Source of the DNA: the human T2T-CHM13v2.0 reference genome, Homo sapiens
DNA length: 64,000 nucleotides
Assembly: GCF_009914755.1 (NCBI RefSeq)
Contig: NC_060936.1
Strand: one strand, 5' to 3'
Part shown: in pieces, positions 1 through 11,800 of the stretch
How positions within the stretch are numbered: position 1 is the first letter of the stretch
Layout: every line of letters begins with the position of its first letter
Position numbers and translations under genes: made by a program
The notes under the pieces: model-generated
Seen by the model: the letters and a program-made list of their open reading frames with translations, nothing else
Databases searched by the model: none
Told to the model about the DNA's origin: nothing

Positions 1-679
1 TCATTAAAAAGTCAGGAAACAACAGGTGCTGGAGAGGATGTGGAGAAATAGGAACACTTTTACACTGTTAGTGGGACTGTAAAGTAGTCCAACCATTGTG
101 GAAGACAGTGTGGTGATTCCTCAAGGATCTAGAACTAGAAATACCATTTGACCCAGCCATCCCATTACTGGGTATGTACCCAAAGGATTATAAATCATGC
201 TGCTATAAGGACACACGGACACGTATGTTCATTGCGGCACTATTCACAATAGTAAAGACTTGGAACCAACCCAAATGTCCATCAATGATAGACTGGATTA
301 AGAAAATGTGGCACATATACACCATGGAATAGTATGCAGCTATAAAACAGGATGAGTTCATGTCCTTTGTAGGGACATGGATGAAGCTGGAAACCTTCAT
401 TCTTGGCAAAGTATCGCAAGGACAAAAACCCAAACACGCGTGTTCTCACTCATAGGTGGGAATTGAACAATGAGAACACTTGGACACAGAAGGGGAACAT
501 CACACACCGGGGCCTGTTGTGGGGTGGGGGTGGGGGGAGGGATAGCATTAGGGGATATACCTAATGTAAATGATGAGTTAATGGGTGCAGCACACCAACA
601 TGGCACATGTATGCATATGTAACAAAGCTGCATGTTGTGCACATGTACCCTAGAGCTTAAAATATAATAAAAAAAAAAA
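1..679 (+). mobile_element. LINE-1 3' end (ORF2 C-terminus plus 3'UTR and poly(A)), L1PA4-6-like; continues beyond the left window edge
   Basis: Matches the L1 3' sequence (GACTTGGAACCAACCCAAATGTCC; G-rich tract at ~520-541; GATGAGTTAATGGGTGCAGCACACCAACATGG) and ends in an A-rich tail at ~660-690. Confidence 0.95.
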
Positions 680-1102
680 GAAGAAGAAGGAAGTCCTGCA
701 AAGGGCCCAAATTTCCCTTCAGAATCTCCACCACGGTACTCATCTATATTTTCAGTCCTTAATTAAATCTGGTTTCTGCTGTGCTTTTCATTCACCATTT
801 AGTAAAAATGAAAACCTTTCTTAATAAATTTCAGAGATGGGAGATTAAATTACTTACATAAATGCTAATATGGCAATGGAATTTTTTACTAAATTTTTTC
901 TTGTAAATACGTGATATGGCATCAATATAAATGAGTATGAATGAGTTTATTGGGCTAACCTGGGTACCTATCTGCATTTATAATACCATTTTTATGAGCA
1001 AATGCATTGTATCTTCCAGCAAACAGACTTGCAAGCTGATTTCTGGAAATCTAGTTTTCGAAAGTTGAACACTGTGTAATTCAATAAAAATATTCTAATG
1101 AG

Positions 1103-1500
<398 letters not shown>

Positions 1501-3129
1501 CTACAGCAAAATAGCTAAGTGAGGTTAAAGTAGAAGTTAGCTGGTCATTCCGGCATAAGTGAAAATGTAGAACTTAGAGTGTACCTTTGCTTAAAGTCAG
1601 TTTTCTTTCAGGAATTCATTTTAATATTGTGATAGTAGAGACCATGCGAAAAAATATGAAAAAACTCAAACAAGAAAATAATCTTTAAAGAAAATTTGAG
1701 AACCTTCATTTCCAAACTTTTATAAGTAGTTTTTACCAAAGACATGCTCATTAAGCTTTGCCAGGCCACTGTCAGTAGTGGATACATGATTAAATCCACC
1801 ACATGGCATTTCTTACGCTACATGAGTTATGGGATGCAGAATGACAGAATTTATGCAACCTTATGAAACATGCCAGCACAATGTAGCACTTAAGCTAAGA
1901 TATTTTAATGACCCAATTTGTTCAGACTGCTTGAGGATAAAAAGTGATTTCACAGGATTTGCTACTATTAATCACAGCAGCTTCTAGTATTTAGTACATA
2001 GTGGGCAGGTGTTTTCAGGATTATACTAATAACAAGAAAAATAACAATGTTTTTTAATAGTCAAATTATAATGAGAGACAATTAATGTAACATTTTAAAT
2101 TAGTATAAAAGGGCAGGGTTAGCATAGTATAAAGTATATAGTTAGTGTATTAAATGCAGATGAAATAATCTTAATTCATTTAGCAATTACTCATTGTGCT
2201 TGCAATAAGTAACATATTCAGACGGAACTTAACTGGAAGAAAATAAAAGGCATTGTTGCTTAACTCCTGGTGTCTAGGAAGGAGGGAGAATACACTATAT
2301 TTTAAGAGACCTCTGAAAAAAGTTCATTTACAAAAATGCCAGGACTCAGGTTTATTATTATTCTCCTGGGGCACACACTTTGAAATGATATTTTCACACA
2401 AGGTAGAATCTGAAATTTGAATCCTGTCAGAGCCACAAAATGCGGAAAGTCCAGTTCTCACAGGGAATAACATTTAAATATTAAATGTCTATGTCCAAGG
2501 CAGAGATGACAAGAATAAAAATGACTCAATTTCAAGTAAAATCTCTGTCCTCTTTGTTTTTTAAACTGGGTCAAATTGGCATTTTTTGTTCAGTTTGGCC
2601 TGAAAGAATACAAAATAAATATGATAAGAGTTTGCAACTGTAATGTTTACATAGTTAAAAAGATTCTCAATTTCACTGAAGGCTCTCCTTTGCATGGAAG
2701 CTTAGGATTGTTATTTATAGGCTGTGAAACCAAAATGAATGGTCCATCAAAGTGGAAGCTTAGTGCAGTGGAAAAAACCAAAGATTTGATTGACTGAATT
2801 TTTCACTTTGCAACAAATTGTTTTGGTGTCAGAGAGGTCTTATAGTCATTGCTGTTTCGTTCTTCCCTTCATTTTTAGGATTGATGTCTTACACACGTCA
2901 GTCACTGGATATCCTGAAGAGCTTCAGCCTTATGGGTCTACTGTTTCCTTAAATATTTAAATAAAAATAGCCAGAGTCCCCACATCCTTTGTGTTAAGAG
3001 TATTTGAGGAGCACACAATAAACAGCCTCTTTTTTTTTAACTCAAGTTCTAAATTAGTGGAGAAAAAAATGCAAGTGATTGTATATCAAGTGTACATTCA
3101 AATGATTGCTGACAGAGGCCAAAATGTCA

Positions 3130-5060
3130 CCCAGAAAGAGGCCCAGGTTGCTGTGCAAAGTGCTCTGCTATATTACCTAGCCCATCCAATGGTGCTCGAA
3201 GTGTCTGAATAGATTGGGATGTGTGTGGAGACTGTGGCAGGCTGCTCCAGGTGAATTACAGTGCCTGTCTTTAGAATTTTGGAGCAAAGCTCTACCATCC
3301 TTTTTAGATGGCTATTCTTTGAGAAACTGCTTATGGATTGCTCCTTGGCCTTGGCAGAGACTCAACACTTGGTCATGGGCCACCCAATGAACAGGAGCTG
3401 TGGACAATAAACTGGGTGTTTTTGGCCCTCTCAAAAAAATAAAAATGTTGTGTATGCAGTACAGCTTAAGTAGATCCTGAAGGCATGAGTAAGTTGCTTG
3501 GCAAGTTGCCCAGATGCCCCTCCTCATGTTATGTTGCCTCCTCTCTCTCAACCCACATAGCCCTCCAAATCTGAGGGTTCTGCATTATAGAGTCAACCAA
3601 CTGAGGATTAAAAACTATTTTGAAAAAAAAAAGCAATACAATAATAAAAGTCATACTAAGAAAGAAATAACAACTATTTACACAGCATTTACATTGTATT
3701 AGTTATAAGTAATCTGGAGATGATTTAAAGTATACAGGAGGATGTGCAAAAGTTGCATGCAAATACTATTCTATTTTATATAAGGGACTACCACATCTGT
3801 GGATTTTGGTATTTGAAGGGCTCCTAGAACCAATCCCCCATGGATATCTAAAGACAAATATATATGGCTTTTAGGGGGTTGCCTATGGCAAATATTGACT
3901 GAGGAAGAAAACAATTCAGGCCTGGTTTATAGATTGGTATGCTATGCTGGCACATCCTAAAAATGGATAGCTCAGCACTACTGCCCCACTCTGGGGTGGC
4001 TTTGAACTATGGTAGTGAAGGGAGCTCCTATTGTTGGACAGTACTTCAAGGAGTACACCTACTTATTAATTTTTCCTGGAAGAGGAGATGGCCCCAGGTA
4101 CAGCCTTATACTGGCAGGCAGTGGCTAATGGTTTGACTAGATGGTTCATGTTATGGACTGACTGTTTGCATCCCCCCAAGAAAGAACACAACTAGACAAT
4201 TGGTGACAAGGAGGTGTGTTGATAGATCTTTCTGAATGGGCATAGAGAGTGAAGACCTTTGTTCCATGTGATTGCTCGTCAAAGAGCAACCTCAGTAAAA
4301 GAGGATTTTAATAATCAGATGAACAAGATGCGCTGCTCTGTGGACATCAAGCAGGCTTTCTCTGCAGCCATTCCATCCATGCCCAATGGACTCATGAACA
4401 AAGTGGCCATGGCAGCAGGGGTAGAAGTTTCATATGGACTCAGCAACATGGACTTCCACTCACTATGGCTGATCTGTCTATAGTCACTGTTGAATGTCCA
4501 ATCTGCCAACAGCAGAGTACAACTTTGAGCCCCTGACATGGTACCATTCCCCAGCAGGCTGAAATACCTGCTGGTAGGTTGGTTGCAATGGACCACATCC
4601 ATCTTAGAAGAGGCAGTGCTTTGTTCTCACTGAAAGAGACATTTACTCTAAATATGGATTTGTTTTCCTTGCCCTCAAGGCTTTTGTCAAAATCACCATC
4701 TGTGGACTTACATAGTATGATTCACATCAAGGTATTCTTATAACACTGCTTCTGACCAAGGAACTTACTTAACAGCAATTGTGGACTCATGCTGATGGAA
4801 TCTACTGATATTACCATGTTCCCTGTTACCATGAAGTAGCTGGTCTGATAGAATGCTGAAATAGCCTTTCAAAAATTTAGTTTCCATACTGGCTGGGAAG
4901 GAACATCTCACAGGTTTGAGGTAAAGTCTTCAGGATGTGGCAAATACTGTAAATCAGTGACCAATATACAATGCTCTCTTTCACAGAGGTAGGATCCATG
5001 GATTCAGCAAAGCTGTGTGAGATGGGAGTTATTCCTTTCACTATTACCCACAGTGAGCCA
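3130..5060 (+). mobile_element. Degenerate ERV-L-class (class III) internal pol remnant (RT tether, RNase H, integrase), interrupted by MER2
   Basis: Broken-frame translations resemble ERV-L pol: AQVAVQSAL..PMVLEVS, HVIARQRATSVKEDFNNQM, ECPICQQQ (4492-4515, integrase zinc finger), SDQGT (4751-4765) and AGLIE (4839-4853). Confidence 0.8.
3556..3860 (-). mobile_element. MER2 (TcMar-Tigger non-autonomous DNA transposon)
   Basis: Reverse complement of the MER2 core (GATGATTTAAAGTATACAGGAGGATGTGC; CTAGAACCAATCCCCCATGGATA). Confidence 0.85.
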
Positions 5061-5535
5061 CTATGTGTGGAAGTTCAGTGTGGGGTACTAGGCACTCTTG
5101 AAGTTCATGCCTGTTGTCCCTGATCTGTTGCTCATCCTGTTAGCACAAGGCAGCAGCCAAGCCCACAGCTCCCCAGCCCCTGCTGGATCATCTCCTTTAG
5201 CTTCTCCAGATCCTAAGCTGGGTGTGTGGATGGCTCTGTGGTGAAGTGTTCCAGCTCCTTCTGTGCCATTGAGGCTGGAGATAGAGAGAGGGAGATGAGG
5301 GTTCCAGCTGGTCTTTGTAGGTTCCAGTTTGTCCTTGTCCTGCCTTTTAAATGTCCAGCTGTTCTTACCAACTGCTGGTACTGAGAAACTCTACAGAGCC
5401 TGCAGGGCTATAACAGACAAGGACTGACAGCCTCCCATAGGGTTCCTCAACAGCTCCTACAATTACATAAGGTGGAGTTCCTATAGCAAATCCCATATAG
5501 TGGCTCTGCTTGTCTGACAAAGCCTAAATGACACA
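5060..5535 (+). mobile_element. Probable old ERVL-type LTR following the pol remnant
   Basis: Lies directly downstream of the integrase remnant and has an LTR-like 3' end (AAATCCC..TAGTGGCTCTGCTT..TGACACA). Family uncertain. Confidence 0.4.
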
Positions 5536-6008
5536 GCATCTGTCCACTAACTCTGAAGATTCTCGGGGAGGACTTCGTCCTCTTCGTCGTTTATTGGCCT
5601 AATTTTCTGCTCCTCAGAGTTTTCAAATTTACTGTCACCTTGACTCTTGTGTCTGTTCCCCTTTCTATGCCCCAAGTCAACCAAAATGTGGAACACAATG
5701 CCTTTTCCTTAGTTTACCTCAAATACCACTCATAAAAGCAAGGAATTTCACAGAGGTTCTGTGGTAAAAATGGGAGTTGCATTAGAGCAAAATACCTATA
5801 GCAGAAGATTACTTAAAATTGAGTATTAGTTGCCCCATTTTGAAAAGTCCAGTTCCTTGGCCTCCTGCCAACTATCAGTTTTCTTTCTCTTCTCTCATCT
5901 GTCTCCCTAATCTGTCCTTCTGCATCTTTCTGGCAACTCAAAACTCCTTTCATTAAAAAAAAAAAAAGTAGAATAATTCAGGTCTCTCATTTTCTTCTTC
6001 TTGATCAT

Positions 6009-6363
6009 TGATATGGTTTGGCTGTGTTCCCACCAAAATCTCATCTTGAATTCCCACATGTTGTGGGAGGGGCCTAGAGGGAGCTAATTGAATCATAGGG
6101 GCAAATCTTTCCCATACTGTTGTCGTGATAGTAAGTCTCACGAGAACTGATGGTTTTAAAAAGAGGAGTTCCTCTGCACAAGCTCTGTCTTTCTTTGCCT
6201 GCTGCCATCCATGTAAAAGATGACTTGCTCCTCCTTGCCTTCCACCATGATTGTGAGGCTTCCTCAGCCGCGTGGAACTGTAAATCCAATTAAACCTCTT
6301 TCTTTTGTAATTTGCCCAGTCTTGGGTATGTCTTTATCAGCAGTGTGAAAACAGACTAGTACA
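6009..6363 (+). mobile_element. THE1 (THE1A/B-like) MaLR solo LTR
   Basis: Runs TGATATGGTTTGGCTGTG ... GACTAGTACA, has an ATTAAA poly(A) signal, and a 5-bp TSD ATCAT at 6004-6008 and 6364-6368. Confidence 0.93.
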
Positions 6364-7307
6364 ATCATGTTATTGCATGCTTTCATTTTTATAACCAAAG
6401 GCCATCAAAGAAAAGACATCTTTCTCTTGAAGAGGAAGTTTACTGCCAGTTGTAAAACATAGGCCTTTCCCTCCCCTCTGTATCTTGAACTATCTTGCAG
6501 TAGATCTCAGTGGAGAGGGATGCCATATTCTATACCATCCTGTCACAGATTTACTCAAAATCAATTTTATAAAACCAAAACCTTAAAAGAAAGATTGGCA
6601 AAACAATTGTATTAGGATAAGTAGGTCCTGCTAAGAAACAGCTTTGAGAAAGTTTTGAATTACAGGCAGTTTGTAACAGCTGTGGATTGCAACATTTTCC
6701 CTGGTGAGTTGTTTAGAGTGTCATTGTGTATAAATTTCAAGCTATACTTCTAGAAGCTTTCATTTAGAAAGTTGATCTTTTACTTCTTTAAGGGTATAAA
6801 AGGAAATTGCAGGGTGTGCCTTGGTATGTGAACTATGGGCAAATTGCAGCATGTCAGTCTCTCCTTTGGAGACATGTATGTTTGCCAGTTTTAAAAATAC
6901 AATTTAAGGAAGCAACAGAATTGTAGTGAGATGGATATTTAAATTCAGAGATGGGAGAAAATACAGAAGGAAATGGAGGAAGGTAGGAGAGTTATTTTTA
7001 AAAAATGTATCAAGACATGAATACAAGCACTTAATCTTAACAAAAGGACTAGTTGTAGCCATGCTGAATTAATCATTCTAATTAGATTTCCAAGATATTT
7101 GAAAAAAGACTCTCCATATTGAGAGACTGATAGTTTTTCATTGACACTTTGCTATTTTTGTATTACTGGTCCAGAGCCTCATAAGTTTAGAATTTTTAAG
7201 TCAATAAATTAGAATAACAAGTGAAAGAGAAAATTACTTCTTTTTGACTAGAGAGATTCTAATCGCAGGTTTTTATGTTCTCAGTGTATGGATGTCTTAT
7301 CTATCTA

Positions 7308-7359
7308 CTTTTTTTTTTCTTTTCTCTCTCTCTCCCCCTCTCTCTTTTTCTTTTTTTCT
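7308..7359. repeat. CT-rich polypyrimidine low-complexity tract
   Basis: About 50 nt of only C and T. Confidence 0.85.
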
Positions 7360-9871
7360 ATGTGCAAGATAGGAAGAAGTGTTTTGAGGGAGAGCACACT
7401 TGTGGGAAATGCCTTCAGCAGCAGCTATGCAAGAGAACAGATGAGAGAAGGTCTTGTAGGTTTGGTATCCACAGTGCTTTTGCCAACCAGTTGACTTGAT
7501 GTTTCCAGTGATATGGCCAGAGCACCAGGATTCAGGGTATGACCCAACCACTATCAGATTCTACTTCTGGAGTTCATTTCCTTGGACATTGCTCAGGAGC
7601 AGTAGTTTCTTAACCTTTTTGGTTCATGGAGGTGTATGAGGTCATAGACCCTTTCCAGAGAAAAATGCACATATGTATACAGAAAAATTTGCCAACAATA
7701 TTAGAAGATTATAGGCCCCATGAAACCTACCCGAGGACTATAGGCTATAACTCCCATTCTAAATCACTGTCTTTTGGAGGATTGTAAAGGCCCTTCTATT
7801 CCACATTGAGGTTCCTTTTCAGATCTAAGCCTGAGTGTCACTCAATTCTTCTGTGACTTAGCAGAGGATGATATAGATTCTTATACCTCACAGTTGTTTA
7901 ACACAAGGCTAGATAAATTCTAAAGTGAGGACAGCCACAGAGACGCCACATTTGTGTCTTATTTACTGTTATATTCCAGGAACATAGTGGGTACTCAAGA
8001 AGTAATTGTTGAAACTTTTGCCTTAGAGTATAATGTGGTGGTAAAGTGAGGTGAGAAATTAAAGTGGACTTTGCGTACTCTTGGAGCAAGAGGAGTGCTC
8101 AAATGATAGGTAGGATGTGCAACTGGATCTCCAATGAACCAATTAACTAAGGACTCCTTGCCTTCCTTTAGTATTGCTGGCCACAAGAGGAAACTTGGGG
8201 CTGCATAAAAATTTGAGCTGTGGGTAAGGCTGCTGGAGGACCTGCCTGCCAAAGAGAATTCTGCATTTGTCTTCTTTGTTTCCTCTTGCCTAAGGAAGAA
8301 GAATCCTTACCCCCGAGAGGAGAGCAGATTGCTGGAGGTGGAAGAAAGAGAAAAACCACAGGATTAGTGGATTAAGAGAAGTTTTTGGAGAGAGACACTC
8401 TGGAGAACACACACTTGCAAATATGCATTTCAGATGATTTCTTCAGGATTGATTTCCCAGGGTGAAATTACCTGGTCAAATGGGGTAGACGTTTTTAAGA
8501 CTTGATGACAAAGTGCTTTTGAGAGAAGCCAATCATTTAACCCCCTCTATTTTCCATTCCTGAAACATAAGAAGGTGCTCATATGTTGTCAGTATTTTTT
8601 ACATTTTATAACCGAGGAAACAACATTTTGGAGAATGTAAATACTTGCACAAGCTGGTAAATACTCTATTTGTTCAATTCCAAATGACATGTTTTCCCTT
8701 ACACAGCACCATGGTTCAGTGTTGAGATCCACAGAAAACGTGACAAGGTTGGCCTTTGACTCAGGCCTAGCAGCCCTGAGAATAGGGATGGGGACTGAGA
8801 GAGAGAGACAGCACGAGCTAGAGAGAGCTGTGGATCCAGGCTTCAGGGATGCAATGAAGCCTGCAAACACCTTTCTCTCACAAGGCTCGAGAACATCCAG
8901 TCACCTCCCTGACCACACTTCTCAGATCTGCTTTCATCTGACTTTCACGTTCTCAAGGTTAACCTTGTCAGGCTTGATGATCAACAAGGTTGCAATGAGT
9001 ATTCATAGAAATTGGTACAGAAGTTAATGTCCAGATCCACATGAAACGCAGGCAGAAATGAAGACAGTGACACTTACCAATCTTGACAGAAGGGACAAAA
9101 GCTTAAACTCTACAAGGAAACATTTGTAACCCTCATCAGCATGGTGCTGCATATTGTAGACAATACATGCACTTTAAAAACCACAGGATCTAAGCATTAT
9201 GGAAATGACAATGACAACTTAAGGAGAGCTGTTGTCACTGGGGAAGGATGCTTAGAAATACGCACTGCTTTTCAACATCATTAGGACATCTCAAAGTCCT
9301 TGGTTTTAGGTAATTTCTTTTGTAAGTTTATAAGGTATAGCTCTCAAATTGTTTCCAAGTCTTATTAGTTCCCGGATATTTATGACTAATTATTCATTAA
9401 GTGGAAAAACGAAAGGAGGGGAGGGAAGAAAAATGAGTTTCCAGTTTTTACAAATATTGTTTCCTTTTTTGTTCTGATTCCTGAAAATAATAATATGGGA
9501 TACATTCATACAGTCCAGGGGATGATCTCTATTGAAGCCACAGAGAAGAATAGATAAGCACACAGTATACAAAGTGAACAAATTCCCCTTAATGAATATT
9601 CAAAGCCTGTCCACCAAAAATTCCCAGTTTTCTGGTTTCAGTAGGTTTTGGAGGTTTGATTTTGTAGGTCAGACCTGGTAGGTAGGGCAGGGACTGAGTT
9701 ATCTGTGCTTTTGTTTTTCACTAGTGTGGGCCTGCCTTATCAATGCATCCCTAGAGCCAATTAAGGACAAGATGAATTTTTGGGGCCTCTCCAGTCACCT
9801 TTCTTAAGCATCCACAAAAAAGGTAACTTCTAGTGCCTTTACCTGATCTTGCTTGAAAACAGTCAGGAGAA

Positions 9872-10209
9872 TGCTATGGTCTGAATGTATATGTCCACCC
9901 AAAATTCATAAGTTGAAAACCTAATCACCAATGTGATGGTATTAGGTGGGGTCTTTGGGAGATGATTTGGTCATGAAGTTGAAGCCCTCATGAATGGCAT
10001 TAGTGCCTTTATAAAAGAGGCCCCAAATACCTGTCTTGCCCCTTTCTACCATGTCAGTTTACAGCAAGAAGACAGCCCTCACCAGACACTTAATCTGCTA
10101 GTGCCTTGATTTTGGACTTCCCAGCCTTCAGAACTATGAGAAGTAAACGTTGTTTATAAGCTATCCAGTCTGTGGTATTTTGTGATAGTAATCTACATGG
10201 ACTAAGACA
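9872..10209 (+). mobile_element. MLT1A-type MaLR solo LTR
   Basis: TGCTATGGTCTGAATG...AAAATTCATAAGTTGAAA start, GGACTTCCCAGCC core and GGACTAAGACA end. Confidence 0.8.
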
Positions 10210-10344
10210 GAGGCTGTTACCAAAATTATAGGAAATATATTTAGAAAAGAAATTATTTTAAAATGCCAGATATTTATTCATATGGAGAAAAGACTCTTCT
10301 CTTAGAGAAGTATTATGGCCCACAAAAGCTGTACTTATTCATAT

Positions 10345-10530
10345 ATACGATTTTTCATTTAATGTTGACAGCAACTCTACGAGATAGACATTATTATTAT
10401 CTCTGTTTTATGGGTGAGGAAACTGTGGCTTGGAGGGGTTTAGGTGACTTGCTCCTGGCTACACACCTAGTGAGCAATGAAGAGAGGAGGACTCACACAT
10501 AGATATTCTGAGATGAAATTGTTTGCTCTT
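10345..10530 (-). mobile_element. MIR
   Basis: Reverse MIR core TGAGGAAACTGTGGCT..AGGTGACTTGC. Confidence 0.75.
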
Positions 10531-10782
10531 TGTGTTACTTCATGTTCCTTTGGTTTAAGCCAGGGTGTATTATTGAAGTAATCATGGTTATACTTATCTT
10601 TCATCATTAGTATCCCTCATCATCCGTGAAGTGGCTTTCATCTTGTAGGTCAAATATTGGGAGGTATTTCCAGTTAAAAATTAAAAAGTCAAGAAGTCTA
10701 AAAGTACAACTCTGAGCTTTGGCCGTTTGGATGTGAAAACAGCCCAGTCTCATCAAAATTAAATGAGAAAAAAGTGAGCAAT

Positions 10783-11290
10783 GTATCAAGTAGGAATGCA
10801 TTTGGCTGTAAGTAATAGAAAAATAGAACAATCTGGTCAGAGTAGCTTAACCAAATAAGAATATATTATTTTTTTCATAACAAGAAGTTTAGAGGTGGGC
10901 AGTCCATGGTAGGGAATAGCCCCACATGCATCAGAGTCCGTGCTACTCAAATCCTTCCACTCCGCCATCCTTAGCATGGGACTTCTGCCTTCAGGTTTGC
11001 TGCCTAATGATTGTAAATTGGGTTTTCCATCTTTAGCTCCATATCCACATTCCATACTGGTAGAATATGGGCCCAATCTGTTTGCCTTTGAGTCTTTCTT
11101 CTTGTTTGGAAAGGGATGTTCTCTCTGAAGACTTCCTTGTGTCAATTGGCCAGGGCTGGCTCTCAGGACCACCCTAACTACAAGGGAGTGTAGGAAGGTG
11201 AATATTTTCAGCTCGGCCCAATTTCATACTGGAAAAAACATGGATTATGTTAGAAAGAAAAAATAAAAGAATGAATGTAAAGTGAATTTT
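10783..11290 (-). mobile_element. Old MLT1 (J/K/L-like) LTR
   Basis: TTTGGCTGTAAGTAATAGAAAA start, CATAACAAGAAGT..AGAGGT and TCAATTGGCCAG are typical of reverse old MLT1. Confidence 0.55.
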
Positions 11291-11800
11291 TTGGAGGGAT
11301 TGGGAGTGAGAGTTGTGAATGGATAGTAATGATTAAAAATCATTTAAACCAAATGCTCAGTTGAGATAGGCTTCTGAGGAGGAAACTAGAACCTTGTACT
11401 TGGGTGTGTTCTAATGAATGAGGAACTAGTTGGGACAGCCTAGGCAGGTAACTGCATTGAAGAGCAGGCAGAGCTAAGTGGCTGAAATGGTGGTGAGAGA
11501 TAATGACAGTGAGGTGGAGCTCAGTTACAAAATGGCCAGAAAAGATTAGGATAGAGAGAAGATGCCAAAATTTATGGGGTCATACTTTTTAAAAAAATTA
11601 TACTTTAAGTTCTGGGATACATGTGCAGAACGTGCAGATTTGTTACATAGGTATACACGTGTCATGGTGGTTTGCTGCACCCATCAACCCATCATCTACA
11701 TTAGGTATTTCTCCTAATGCTATCCCTCCCTTAGCCCCCCACCCCCCAACAGGCCCCGGTGTGTGATGTTTCCCTCCCTGTGTCCATGTATTCTCATTGT

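Noticed and set aside
520-541. G-quadruplex-forming G tract
   Set aside because: A standard feature of every L1PA 3'UTR.
7275-7499. Cys-rich peptide DRKKCFEGEHTCGKCLQQQLCK as a known coding exon
   Set aside because: I cannot match it to a protein family, and the splice sites are only moderate. Kept only as a low-confidence exon candidate.
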